DNA from: the human T2T-CHM13v2.0 reference genome, Homo sapiens
DNA length: 64,000 bases
Direction: 5' to 3' (one strand)
Assembly (NCBI RefSeq): GCF_009914755.1
Contig: NC_060942.1
The notes beneath the pieces are model-generated. The model did not search any database. It saw only the letters and a program-made list of their open reading frames with translations, and was not told the DNA's origin. Below, one piece after another: positions 1 to 12,904 of the stretch (position 1 is its first letter; the number at the start of each line of letters is the position of its first letter). A program made the translations under genes and the position numbers.

Positions 1-384
1 ACATATTCTCCCAGTTCACCTACAACACTCCTCTCTGCATGTAGATCTAGAGAGGCTTTCCTTTTTGGCATCCCTGATTCTCATGCCCATGTATTTAATG
101 GTGGGATTGATGTATTTCTTTAAAAATCATTCATTGATATTCTACTAAGTGCTGAAAATTTAACCTGTAATTCAAGAAATGAATGTTTGGCCCAACTTCA
201 AATCCCACTCTTCTCCTACCAAGCCCATTCAGTCTACCTCAGCCAGGTTTCTCACCAACCACCATCTTCCATTGGTCTCACTCACACCTTTATCCTGCCT
301 TCAAACACTGGCTCCTGATGTGATGGTTTTCATCCCTGTCTACTCAGATCCATCTATAATTCAGAGTCCCCCATGCCTCATATC

Positions 385-821
385 TCCCATGGCTCTCCAG
401 ATCCACTCCCCATCTGTCCTCTGCCCTCTAACCTGCAGGATATCCTGTATGAATTATGTCAATGGGCATGTGAGCCCCTTGGCTTCTGGCTTCTTGGGCC
501 AATAAGGAGGGACTTCAGTGGGGATAAAGTATTTCCCCGCTTCATTCCCTGCTGTGGGATCACCTCCATCTGCCACTGTAAGGTCCCTGCCTTCTCTGTG
601 GTCTGCCCTACATGAGGACCTCTCCCTTTCTGAGTCAGTAGCTTCTCCCTCTCCTTCTCCCTTCAGCCTGAAGCTGGCCACAACTCCACTGCTACTGTCC
701 CTGTGTTCCTGCACTAGCTCTTCTGCTTCCTCTTCACCCTGCCTGCCCCATGGTAATAAACTCTCTGTAAAGAAGCTCTCCTAATTTGAATGTTTTATTC
801 TTTCCTGGAGAGTCCCTGACA
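385..821 (+). mobile_element. LTR33-like solo LTR (ERVL)
   Basis: Blocks CTCTCCAGATCCACTC, CCCTTGGCTTCTGGCTT..GGCCAAT, CCCTTCAGCCTG, AATAAACTCTCT and a CCCTGACA end follow the order of the recalled LTR33 consensus; heavily diverged. Confidence 0.6.
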
Positions 822-899
822 TATGGCTCCCCATATCTATCCCCCATTTTGTTTTGGAACTTATGTAAATCTTATCTTTGGCACACAATCTGGTAATGT

Positions 900-1075
900 T
901 TTCTGAATTAATTTAAAAAATAATTTTAATGCTTATAGATCCCCTGCCTCTCCTGCTAGATTATGACCTCTTCAGCAGAAGGCCTGGGTAATTTTTTTCT
1001 TCCTATCTTGTATCTCTTCTAGAACTTGATAGCAAGTAGGTGCTCAAACAAGTACCTGTTTATGGACAGATGAAC
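900..1075 (+). mobile_element. L2 3'-end fragment
   Basis: CTCTCCTGCTAGATTATGACCTC...GTAGGTGCTCAAACAAGTACCTGTT resembles the L2 3' terminus. Confidence 0.55.
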
Positions 1076-1425
1076 CATTACATTAGCAAGGTCAGGGCGG
1101 AGGGGCATGGGCTTAGAGTTCAAGTTCAAATGATAGGGTTCAAACGTGGCCTTCTTTTTCAGGGGACTGTGCCACCTTAACAAAATCATTGTTCTTTCTA
1201 AATCTCAAATTCTTTCTCTCAAAATTGGCATAATATAAGCTACTGCATGGCTCCATATTTCATTTTAATTTTGTAAAATGTGTGGTTGTGATAGTGGTTT
1301 TGTGAGGCCTTAATAAAATCTGATTTAAGAAAGCTTACTCTATTTTATATATATTGAATCTGAAGATATAATTTGAGGTCCAATATTGAAAATTTATAAG
1401 TCAATTAAAAATCTAAAAATGAGTA

Positions 1426-2680
1426 CAGTTTTGTGACTTATAAGATGTTTCAGTCAATGATGGACCGCATATGTGATGGTGGTCCTATAAGAGTATAATG
1501 GAGCTGAAAATTTCATTTAAAAATAATTTTAATACTTACATTTCTCTTGCTTCTCCTGCTAGGTCATGACCTCTTGAAAAGGTTTGGATGATTAATGTTT
1601 TTTTTTTATCTTGTCACAGGGCCATGAAGCATTACTCATGTATTTGTGGTGATGCTGGTGTAAAGAAACCCACTGTGCTGCCAATTGTGTAAAAGTCTAG
1701 CACAGTTTTGTACAGAATGTAATACTTGATAACAATAAGTGACTATATTACTGGTCTATATATTCACTACACTATGCTTTTTATTGTTTTCTTAGAGTGT
1801 GCTCCTTCTACTTATTAAAAAAAGTTAACTGTAAAACTGTCTCAGGCAGGTCCTTCAGGAGGTATTTGAGAAGAAGGCATTGTTGTCATAGGAGATGACA
1901 GCTCCATGTGTGTTACTGCCCCTGAAGACCTCCCAGTAGGACAAGATGTGGAGGGGGAAGACGGTGATATTGATGATTCTGACCCTGTGTAGGCCTAGGC
2001 GAATGTATGTGTTTGTGTCTTAGTTTTTAACAAAAAAGTTTAAGAAGTAAAAGAAAAAAATTTTATAATAGAAAAGAGCTTATGGAATAGGGATATAAAG
2101 AAAGAAAATATTTTTTACAGGTGTATAATGAGCTTGTGTTTTGAGCTAAGTGTTATTATAAGAGTAAAAAGTTAAAAGTTCATCAAGAAAAAAGTCATAG
2201 TAAGCTATGGTTAATATATTATTGAAGAAAATTAAAAAAAAAATTTAGTGTAGCCTAAGTGTGCTGAATATATAAAATCTACCAGTAGAGTCCAGTAATG
2301 ACCTAGGCCCTCACATTAATTCACCACTCACTCACTGACTCACCCAGGGCAACTTCCAGTCCTCCGAGCTTCATTCATGCTAAGTGCCCTATACATATGT
2401 ACCTTTTAAAAATCTTTTATACTATATTTTTAATGCACAGTTCCCATGTTTAGATGCACAAATACTCAACATTGTGCTACAGTTGCCTACAGTATTCAGT
2501 ATAGTAACATGCTGCATAGGTCTGTAGCCTAGGAGCAATGGGCTACCCCATATAGCCTAGGAGTGTAGTAGACTGTACCATCTAGGTTTGTGTAAATATA
2601 CCCTATGGTGCTTGCACAATGACAAAATCATCTAAGGAGACATTTCTCAGAAAATATTCCTGTCATTGACACACCACTTT
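1426..2680 (+). mobile_element. Tigger3b (Golem) TcMar DNA transposon carrying a ~100-bp local insertion at 1515-1614
   Basis: Starts TA|CAG; contains GGACCGCATATGTGATGGTGGTCCTATAAG, CAGGCAGGTCCTTCAGGAGGTATT and GACCCTGTGTAGGCCTAGGC; ends CATTTCTCAGAA...; long match to the recalled consensus. Confidence 0.9.
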
Positions 2681-2699
2681 ATATCCTACTAGTGCTAAT

Positions 2700-2880
2700 A
2701 GATGTCATTTACTGAGTATTATGTATAAAAGTTTTGAAAGTGTTTTCTCATTTAATTTTACAAGAGACACCAATAACCCTCTTTTACGGAGGAAGAAATT
2801 AGTCTTAAAGGTTAAGGAAATTGCTGGAATTCACAGAGTCCAGAAGTGACACTCAGGGTGTGGGCTCTAGATTGGTGCTC
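2700..2880 (-). mobile_element. MIR SINE fragment
   Basis: CTCATTTAAT...CTCTTTTACGGAGGAAGAAATT...AAGGTTAAGG is the reverse-oriented MIR core. Confidence 0.55.
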
Positions 2881-4449
2881 CTGCCCCTGGCCATGTGATT
2901 TCCTCAGTGGGGCACAGTCAGAGCCAGGATGTCTCCAGGAAGACACCTCCCCTGGGTTATGCATACTTGCTTATCCTGTGTTATCTCTGGGAGAGAGGTT
3001 TCCCAACTGGGATTTTCTTTCAGAGCTCTCAAGGCTAAGAGGTGTGAACAGCTGAGAGGAAGAGGGAGAAATATATTTTTCCTTTGTTACAGCCTCATTC
3101 CTCCAACTGAAATTTTGGTGTTGTTTCAAGCCATGAAAAAAACTTCAGTAAAATCTTGGTGGTGGAGACAGCGAGGGGAAGATCAAGCCAGTGATATACA
3201 TACATGGTGGAAGTGACCATCCAACCTGGTAGAAGGTTAGGGATTTTGAAAAGAGGCTCATCAAAGTACTTAGCCCACACGGTAAGGATGTCAGAAATTT
3301 TATAATAAGAGTTTCATTTATTAGTAACAGATTTTGACTCTGACAAAATGCATTTGTTGGGGGCAGGCTACAACAGCCTAATGTTTTGGGCTATTGTCAT
3401 CACTTGTCCACCTTAATGGTCATGGGTCCCAGCATCTTTGGTTGGCACTATTGAGGCCAGGAAATCCCAAAGCCAGAACAGACCACAAGGCAAAACTTTA
3501 TTTAGGCATGAATTTGTTGTTGGTAGGATGGCCGGTGTAGATCAAAGGTCCAGGGATTGGTCAGACTCTGGACAAATTTATCTGAGCTCAGAGTGACACC
3601 TTTCTAGGTCCCAAGCAAAATCAGGCACGAGCAGAGCTCAATCGCCAACCTCCATGGATTCAGAGGGGAAGCAGGGAGAGGTAAGTATGAGCTTAAAAGT
3701 GGAGACCAGGGTCCAGGACTCAAACCAGAGAGATGGAAGTCTAAATAGGGTACTCAGGACAGAGACTCACAACAATATGGCAAACTCTCTTCAGGACAGG
3801 CACCGTCTACACTACCCTGCCCTCTCCCCAGTATTTTAGACCTGTCTCATGGATGCTGATCCACAGGAGCTGGGCAGGGTCACAGCTACTCTGAGACATG
3901 CTCACAAACCCCATTCTCACAGGCCAGAAAATCAGAATGAAGGAGCAAACCTGTTTGGGGTTCTCCAAGAGGGAAGAAGAAAGGATAAGATGGGCAAACT
4001 CATGAACATCACACAGTGGTCCACACTTTCCAACTGCTGGTGTGGCACAGTGACCAAGCTTTTAATTCTGTCATTAGAACATCACATTAAAATCTTACCA
4101 GTTAGTTCTGGTTGTCTGTTGCACAGAACCATGAGAAATGATGGTTCTGTAGATCAGCTAGGCTTAGCCGGGTGGTTCCTGAGTGGGGTCTTTCCTTCAG
4201 TTATAGTGACTATAATTGACTGATGTTGGAGTCAACTGAAAGCTCTACTGGGCTTGTGTCCAGTATGGAGTCTTTACTCACATGTCTGATATCTCAGTGA
4301 GGATGACTAGAATAGCTAGGACTGTTCAGGCATCTTTCTTTTCCCACACAGCCTCTGCACGGGGCTAGCTTGGGCTTCCTCATAGAATGTCAGTCTCACC
4401 ATAGCTTGGCTTCTTACATAGTAGCTGGATTCCCACAGAACAAGTAGTC

Positions 4450-5470
4450 ACATATCTATATCTATATCTATATCTATATCTGTATCTATATCTATATCTA
4501 TCTATATGTATATATATATCTTTTTTTATTATACTTTAAGTTCTAGGGTACATGTGCACAATGTGCAGGTTTGTTACATAGGTATACATGTGCCATGTTG
4601 GTTTGCTGCACCCATTAACTCATCATTTACATTATGTATTTCTCCTAATGCTATCCCTCCCCCTGCCCCCTACCCCATGACAGGCTCCGGTGTGTGATGT
4701 TCCCCATCCTGTGTCCAAGTGTCTCATTGTTCAATTCCCACCTATGAGTGAGAATTTGCGGTGTTTGGTTTTCTGTCCTTGTGATAGTTTGCTCAGAATG
4801 ATGGTTTCCAGCTTCATCCATGTCCCTACAAAGGACATGAACTCATCCTTTTTTATGGCTGCATAGTATTCCATGGTGTGTATGTGCCACATTTTCTTAA
4901 TCCAGTCTATCATTGATGGACATTTGGTTTGGTTCCAAGTCTTTGCTATTGTAAATAGTGCCGCAATAAACATACGTGTGCATGTGTCTTTATAGCAGCA
5001 TGATTTATAATCCTTTGGGTATATACCCAGTAATGGGATCGCTGGGTCAAATGGTATTTCTAGTTCTAGATCCTTGAGGAATCACCACACTGTCTTCCAC
5101 AATGGTTGAACTAGTTTACACTCCCACCAACAGTGTAAAAGCGTTCCTATTTCTCCACAACCTCTCCAGCATCTGTTGTTTCCTGATTTTTTAATGATCA
5201 CCATTCTAAACTGGTGTGAGATGGTATCTCATTTTGGTTTTGATTTGCATTTCTTTGATGACCAGTGATGATGAGCATTTTTTCATGTGTCTATTGGCTG
5301 CATAAATGTCTTCTTTTGAGTAGTGTCTGTTCATATCCTTTGCCCACTTTTTGATGGGGTTGTTTGTTTTTTTTCTTGTAAATTTGTTTAAGTTCTTTGT
5401 AGATTCTGGATATTAGCCCTTTGTCATATGGGTAGATTGCAAAAATTTTCTCCCATTCTGTAGGTTGCCG
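4450..5470 (-). mobile_element. 5'-truncated L1PA (about PA5-PA7): ORF2 C-terminus, 3'UTR and tail
   Basis: ORF 4731-4973 (MFIAALFTIAKTWNQTKCPSMIDWIKKMW...) is L1 ORF2p C-terminus; classic 3'UTR; TSD CAGAACAAGTA at 4436-4446 and 5476-5486. Confidence 0.97.
4451..4520. repeat. (TATATC)n/(TA)n microsatellite at the L1 tail
   Basis: Tandem ATATCT units directly abut the L1 poly(T) end. Confidence 0.9.
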
Positions 5471-5513
5471 GCCCTCAGAACAAGTATTCTAAGAGGTGTA
5501 GGTGCAACTGTAA

Positions 5514-5880
<367 letters not shown>

Positions 5881-6181
5881 CCTTCTGCAGTACTCTTATT
5901 GGTTAAAAGCAAGCCATAGGATCAGCCCAGATTTAAGAGGAGATTTAAGAGGCAATGTCCACATAGTGGTGTAAATACCAGGAGGTATGTATGGTTCATT
6001 GTGAGGCTACCTCACATTGTGTCAGCTGTGTGAATGTAGACAAGGCCTAGAACACTCAGTGCCTCCATTTTTTCGTGTGCAGAATGGGAAAGGAAGTTAC
6101 AAGGGCTGTTTCTGAGTGTTGTTTACTTATTAACATATACATGTCAAGGATTTCCCACAAGGACTGGCACAGCTAGGGGTC

Positions 6182-6559
6182 TGTGTTAGTCCATTCTCAT
6201 GCTGCTATGGAGAAGTACCCAATACTGGGTAATTTATAAAGAAAAGAGGTTTAATTGACTCACAGTTCTGCATGGCTGGGGAGGCCTCAGGAAATGTACA
6301 ATCATTGTTGAAGGGGAAGTAAACACGTCATTCTTCACATGGCAGAAGGAGAGAGAAGTGCAGAGTGAAGGGGGGAAAAGCCCCTTATAAAACCATCAGC
6401 TCTTGTGAGACGTTACTCACTACCATGAAAACAGGATAGTGGAGCTGCCCTCGTGATCTAATCACCCCCCATGAGGTCCCTCTCCCAACATGTGGGGATT
6501 ACAATTTGGATTACAATTTAAGATGAGATTTTGGGTGGGAACATAGCCAAACCATAGAA
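6182..6559 (-). mobile_element. THE1 (C/D-like) solo LTR, inserted in a MIR
   Basis: TGTGTTAGTCCATTCTCATGCTGCTA...GGGTAATTTATAAAGAAAAGAGGTTTAATTGACTCACAG...AAGCCCCTTATAAAACCATCAG...AGCCAAACCATA. Confidence 0.93.
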
Positions 6560-6899
6560 GGGTTCAACCACAGTTGGCACTTGTTAGTTATACATTACCT
6601 TCATCCCACACTTGGATTTCTCCTAGTATTTAATGTGTACATATCTTATCTTCCCTGCCATGCTGAAAGCTCCTTGAGGTCAATAATTATCCTATACTTC
6701 TCTCTTTAAATTTATTTCAGTTGTCCAAAAGAAATGCCTGCTGAAAGAAACAGAAGGAAAAAGAGAAGAGGGAGCTGGGGACCATGCAAACAAGCCTGGA
6801 CACCTTTATAATTTTCTTTGGGCTCAGCATGGCACCCAAGCTCCTTAGATCTGACCTTTGCCTTTTCTGGAAAAAACTAATAAGTTATCCTAGATTGTA

Positions 6900-7205
6900 T
6901 GGTGGGCATTATTAATCTAGTTAATAGATTGCACTGTTTTTATGAGGGCTTTAGCCCATTAATTGTTTCCATGCAAATGGATGCCGTTAATTACAAATTA
7001 ATCTTATCTTTTCGTTAAGGCAGGGCCATCAGGACCTCCACTTGGCAATGCTTGCTGGCACTTGATATGAATCAATGCGTACACTTGAAAGTAATAAAAC
7101 TGTATTTCTTTAAAGATAGTTAATAAATCAGATCTTCATTAATGCAGATAGGCCAGACCCCCTACTTGTCTAATTTAATGAGGTTCTAATTCATTACTGT
7201 GATTC
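6900..7205. promoter_or_regulatory. Candidate developmental enhancer (SOX-OCT, homeodomain and NKX motif cluster)
   Basis: Sequence in which I recognise no repeat, carrying AATTGTT-TCC-ATGCAAAT (6961-6978), TTTTATGA, GTAATAAAA, ATAAATCA, CACTTGA twice and many TAAT. Motif evidence only. Confidence 0.4.
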
Positions 7206-9314
7206 ATGTGTCCCCCTGGGGATGATGGCCAGCAGGGCAGGGCACATAGTAGGCAGTTAATAAATCCTGTGTTTTCTGAGTTTTCCGGCAGTGGGGAGGT
7301 GCTCCACTAGTCTTTCTCCCCATCATAAATGTCATTTAGATCTTCAGCAGCCTTAATGCCATTTCCCAGGTAGTCATACAGGACCCCAAAGAGGAAACAC
7401 AACTTTCCAGCAAAGGCTGTTGCTTTTATGCCCTATCTATGTTAGAAATTCAAGGGTTCCCAATTGAGAAAAGAAGGAGGGTGGCATCAGGAACACTGTT
7501 TGAGCCAGAGTGTTGGCTTGGTTAGCTGGTCATTGGACTCAGTGGCTGAGGCAGTCAGATGGGAACTGTCTGCCTGCCCTTGTCCATCCACCTGAGCATA
7601 ATGAATGAACCAGTGAGCAATGGAATCCCAGTTTCTTCTTGGGACACATTAACGATTCATGTCTCAGTGAGACTACTAAATTGTTCCATAGTCTCTTTTC
7701 TCAGATTTCTTTTACACAAAAGCTAGTTCCTCCTCATTATATTTATTTCCAGTCTAGGACTGGGCCTCAACTCACATACTTCTAGCTACTGGGGTCTCAG
7801 GAGCTAAACCCCGGCTTTCTGTTTACAGAACAAGCGTGGGCCTTCAGACGCAGTGGACTTGCCTGTCCCTTTCCATTCTGCCCATGTGACTGGTGCACCA
7901 GGACTGAGTCCAGAGGCACCACCACAACATGGGGAGAGGTGTATGAGTGCAGTGGGAGTGGAGGGGAAAGAAAACATGGCTTACGTTTTAGACTTGGGGA
8001 GCTGGCAGTGTGATGAAACACTTCCCTCCGTGCTGCCGAATTCATTTCTCTAAAGTTCCACTGTGCACAGAACCATTTGTTTCCACATTGTTTTTATTAA
8101 ACAAGAAAGGCGAGCTTTATTACTGCGCAAATGAAAGCGGCCGGCAAAGACAGATACTTCCCAGATTCTTATTAATCTCCAAGAGTTATGGGGCCTCTGA
8201 AGTCCCAAAGAAATTAACATACTCCACAGAATTTTCTCAGCAAATCACCCAGGTGCCGCACCCCTCCTTATGGGTAGCTATAACTGCCCTGCCCTGGGCA
8301 GCTTCAGGGGGCTCTCTTTACCTGTCGGTGGCCTTCTCCCTCTCACCCTGTCATCTGACCCCACCCTCTCTTAGGTTGCACGTGGGCCAACATCATGCTT
8401 CAGTGCCCCATCATGGATTTATTTGTACACCGATTCTGGGCATTGTCTGGAAATGTGGATTTAGGTGTCGTTCAATTTACTTCCATATACAATTAAATAT
8501 GTATGGATTATTTGCTACTGTAATGTGGGAGAGTCTTGACATCTGTGAGATTATATCCTGAGGCCTCTGTGAATCTCAAACGCATGAAAAATACAGTCAT
8601 GTGTAGTTCCCTCTCTCTATAAATGCAGAACAATGATCACTCACTCATTCTACAAATATTTACTCAATGCCCTCCGTGTCCTCGACACAGTAGTCTCTGC
8701 CCTCAGAGGGTCCTGGGTGTGATGGGAAGGCTGGGAAGACATGGGAGAGTTTGAATGAAGGAACAACAGGATGTGTCTTATGATTTTCAAGGATCATATT
8801 AGTTGCTGTGTTCAAAGCAGTCCATCAGGGACAAAGCAGACATAAGCTGATGAGTTATAAGGATGCTGTAACAGCCCAAGGAAAATGAGATAGTCCAGGG
8901 TGGGCATAAGTGGCAACTGGAGGTATTCTAGATATGTTATGAAGGTATAGAGGCACAAATAAGAACTGACGCGGCACCTTCAGATCTCTAGCGAGAGGTG
9001 CAGTGCCTGTCCAAAGGGGAGAACCGCTACACTGGGGGATCGATGAGTGTGGGGCAGTCAGCCAGGCTTGCTCTCTAGGCTCCTGCCTCAGCCTACTATA
9101 TCAGCCCCTAAATGGAAATCAGACTCCAGCAAAAGGGTAACCTACTGTTATGTCGTATGATTTGGGGTTTCATGAAAACAGTCAAAGATGGCGTAAGAGA
9201 ATCTGTGAATGCCAGGGTCTGCAGTATATACAATTTGAGTAGCATATATTAGTTTAAGGTATTTTTAAGCTGGTTTTCCATTAAAGAAGTAAGGTGGCCC
9301 AAATGTCTAGTTAG

Positions 9315-9440
9315 CCCCGTTTTACAGGTGAGCAAGCAAAGGCTCAGAGGATTTTAGTGAATTTCCCAAAGTCACAAGATAATTAGACAGGTCCAAGGCT
9401 AAAGCCTGGATCTCATGTACACAAGTGCAGCTTTTCCCAT
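9315..9440 (-). mobile_element. MIR SINE fragment
   Basis: CCCCGTTTTACAGGTGAGCAAGCAAAGGCTCAGAG...CCCAAAGTCACA is the MIR core. Confidence 0.7.
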
Positions 9441-10909
9441 GGTTCCCATGCAACTTCCTTACTGGGTATCCAACCCTGTGCTGGGGTTGAGAATGGTGGC
9501 GAGGAGGAAAAGCAATGCCGAAGGAGATCTGGTCCTTGTCCTAGAAGAGCTAAAGTTTCTTTGCAGGTAAGACTTAAATATACACACAACTCTTAAGGCA
9601 GAGTATGTCCTGGAATGGCACTCTTCAAAGTAGTGTTTGGTTAGGTGTTGGGGTTCTCCTGACTATAAGTGCCTCCAGCCATTAAGTTCGTCCCTATGGA
9701 ATATCACATGATGGGGTGAGGGCTCCAAGACGGAGCACATAGGACCAGATAATGTCCATATCATTGAGGATCAGTGTGTTTAGAAAATTCTTATTCTCTG
9801 ATCTCATGTTTCCACCTTCCCACCCAAACCGTTTGGTTTAAGCAAGGCCGGTGGCCCTAGGTCCTTCTCACAATAAAGTCATTTCTGCCATTAATGGCTT
9901 TACTTACCTTGGTTCCTTGTTCCCTTTGGAGGGAAGGCCCTTTTTCTCTTCCCACCAGGGTAAACCTCATTCCATTTTCCAGAGAGGCCCCAGTGCCACT
10001 GTCCTAACTATGTTTCCTGCTGCTGTGTACCAGCTCCCGCAGAGTACAGAGGTAAAAAGTCCAGAAAAGCTTGGAGGGGAAGTTTAGGGGTAAGGAGAAA
10101 ATGTGGAAAAGCTTGAGTTGAGAATGGGGCAGGAGTGTGAGAGGAAGAATGTTGTTTAAACACCTAGACGGGGTATTTCTGGATGCTGAGAGAGGTTCAG
10201 GGTGAAACCACAAATCAATTTGCATCACAGAGGAATGACTGCATGGTACTGTTTTCCTAAGGTGGGAAGTAGAAACCAATTCAAAGGGTTTTAATGACTC
10301 CCAGAGGGGCTCTGAAGGATCTCACCTGTAAGAACTGGCGAGGGTGAAAGAGAACAGGTTAGTCAGCAAGGGCAAGCCTAGCTCTCTCCAGATGTGGGGC
10401 CTCTCAGGAGCCAGGGTCAGGAGTCCAGGAGTAGAAGGAGGTGTGGGTGAGCAAGGCCTCCTGGGACTCTTATTTGCTAGCAGATGGCCCTACTGCCTGC
10501 TAACTCTGGAGATCACATCAGGCCCTAAGCTTCCTGAAGTGCAAATTGGAGTGGGAACTGGGGAGTCCAGGACCCCTCTGTCCCTGTCCATAGCACTGCC
10601 ATTGAAGGTTGAGTCAAGGATAGAGCTTCTAATACTTCTCTACTTCCCTGTGCTGGGACACTGGGGGAAAATAAGGGGTGTGCCCTCCAAGACTGCTTTG
10701 CCTGCAGTCTTATTCCTTGGCTTAAGGCATGGGCATACATATGTTACCCAGGACAAAGCATTGGAAGCTCCTTTCTTGGAAGTCACTCATATTGGGATGA
10801 GATGATCAAAGTCTTTCCAGGTGGAGCATCTTGGAGGAGACTAGGGTCTGATATGAAGAGAAGTTTTTGGCACAGGATCTTGGTGAGTGCAAGTCTAGAT
10901 GGGATCTGT

Positions 10910-10913
<4 letters not shown>

Positions 10914-10960
<47 letters not shown>
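10914..10960. repeat. (TG)n dinucleotide microsatellite
   Basis: About 20 pure TG units followed by TATGTGTG. Confidence 0.97.
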
Positions 10961-11764
10961 GTGGGGTGGGACACCTGCACCTGCATCCAGGATTCCTATG
11001 GGGTCCCCAAACCAAAGAAGATTCCAGAAATCACTTGAAAAGGGGTGATCTTAGAGACCAGGTTGTATCTTTCTTCACATTCTCAAGTCTCTTGGGCTAA
11101 GATGTGATCAATTGCTGGTCCAGTTGGATGGCCAGGAATGACTATCTGATAGTGACATTTACATATGCAGCATGACATTTTCCTCCTTGGCGATTCAATT
11201 CTTTTTCTATTTACTTTTGTTTATCATTATAGCCCCCTAAGTGCATTTAGCTCCATCAATATAAGCAATCCAGCCAGCCATACTGGCATTTTTTTTTCTC
11301 TTAAGGCTGGTTATTTCCCCAGGCCCCTTTTCTCTTGTTCTTTTTCTTATTCCCACACTGGGATATTATGTCCCTGGTGCGGCATGATTGAGCAGATGAG
11401 TCTCTTGAGAAGGACTCCCCTCTGCCTCAGGTACACTCGACTCCCCAGTGGTAAGAGAACATACAAATGGGAGCTCCAGCCCTGCAGCAGGCTGGAGATG
11501 GCACACATGGACAGGCTAGCACTCTAACCACTGGGACTCATTCCTTATAAGAGAGACTTGCAAGGAGATATGAGCTCATCTGGCACAAAGGAGCCTTATT
11601 CTAGGAGCCTGACTTACCTGCAAAACCTTTGTCCAAGCACAGGACTGCTAAGAGGTGGGGAGGAGAAAGAGAGAAACAAATGGGAGGGACAGAAGGAAAA
11701 AAGAGGAGAGGAGTGGAGGGGAGAGGGGAGAAGGAAAGGAGAGAGGGCATCTGGAAAAATGCAC

Positions 11765-11960
11765 TGAACCTAGAATTAGAACTTGTGGGTTGACATCCAA
11801 GTTCCGTACTTGCTGATTTTAAGAACTAGACAAGTTGCTTCTCTCTCTGAGCTTCAATTTCCTCCCTGTGACATGAAGAATCATATCACACCTTGCCAAT
11901 CCAACAGAGCAACTGTGAAAATCAAATGAGGTAACATAAGCTGATGTATTGTGTAGTGTG
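11765..11960 (+). mobile_element. MIR SINE fragment
   Basis: GACAAGTTGCTTCTCTCTCTGAGCTTCAATTTCCTC...TGTGAAAATCAAATGAG. Confidence 0.7.
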
Positions 11961-12904
11961 AAATGTCCTCTAATATAAATAAATACATCTGTGTATATTT
12001 ATGCCCCTGCACACTCATTTGCCTGTTGTCATAATTGTATCACCATCCTGTGCAAGTGCACATCAATTTCTGTTGCACCTTTGTCTTTGCCAATTCCCAC
12101 GTCTGGCACACTTTGACCGTTTCTGACCAAGCCTTACGTATTGTTATGAACCATTGCTCAAGCATCTGCTAAAGTCCTTTGGCCTTCGAGAAGCATTTCT
12201 TGACTGCCCAGCTACCACTAATACTGCCGTTCTTTGAATTGTGAGCCCTAGCAATGGGGGAGAATGACTCAGGAAAGCTCCCTCCCCAGCCCTACCTGCT
12301 GCTACAGTCTAGCTATTGGCTGGAATTGTGAATTGTTTTAAATGTGAACACAGATGGGATGCTGTTATTGAACCATTTAGGAACTATTGTATTTTTATAC
12401 AATGCCCCACAGTGTCCTGGGGTAGGAGAGTGTGTAGGGAAAGAGGACAGAGACTAAAGGTTTCACGGTGGGCTAAGATGAAGAGGGCAGTGCGTGGGTT
12501 TCTCATAAAGGATGCCAGACAGAATGGCAGGTGGCACTTCCCCCTTCTATCCTGAGCATAGCTGAGGACCCATTGTGCTGCTTGTTGTCCTTCCTCTAGA
12601 CATGAGCGGTGGCAGATTGGAAGCCCAAAGCTGCTGTAACAAGTCAAGCCATTTTGAGAGGTGTTTCTTGACTGTTTAAGAAATAGTAGCTCGGAGAACA
12701 GAGGAGAGCACCTGTCAACCCCTGTTTTCTACATTGCAGGAACCACAGGTCACAGTGGGAAGCCTCAGTCTTTGAGTCAAAAGAGTGGGAGAGGGAAATG
12801 CACAATAGTTATCTTATAGTCCATATCCTAGCATGTGGCAAAGGCTCTCCCATCTGCCTATTAAATTGAAATGCACACAGAACAACAACAACAATAACAA
12901 CAGA

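Noticed and set aside
3415-3790. Possible ancient Gypsy-like LTR (similar texture at 37410-37700)
   Set aside because: Too diverged to assign from memory; needs a Dfam search.
8010-8561. 183-aa ORF on the + strand
   Set aside because: Begins at a non-ATG codon, has no recognisable domain, and its composition looks like translated non-coding DNA.
8970-9010. Possible CTCF sites (here, also ~36550 and ~40440)
   Set aside because: Each misses several core consensus positions; not supportable without a PWM scan or ChIP data.
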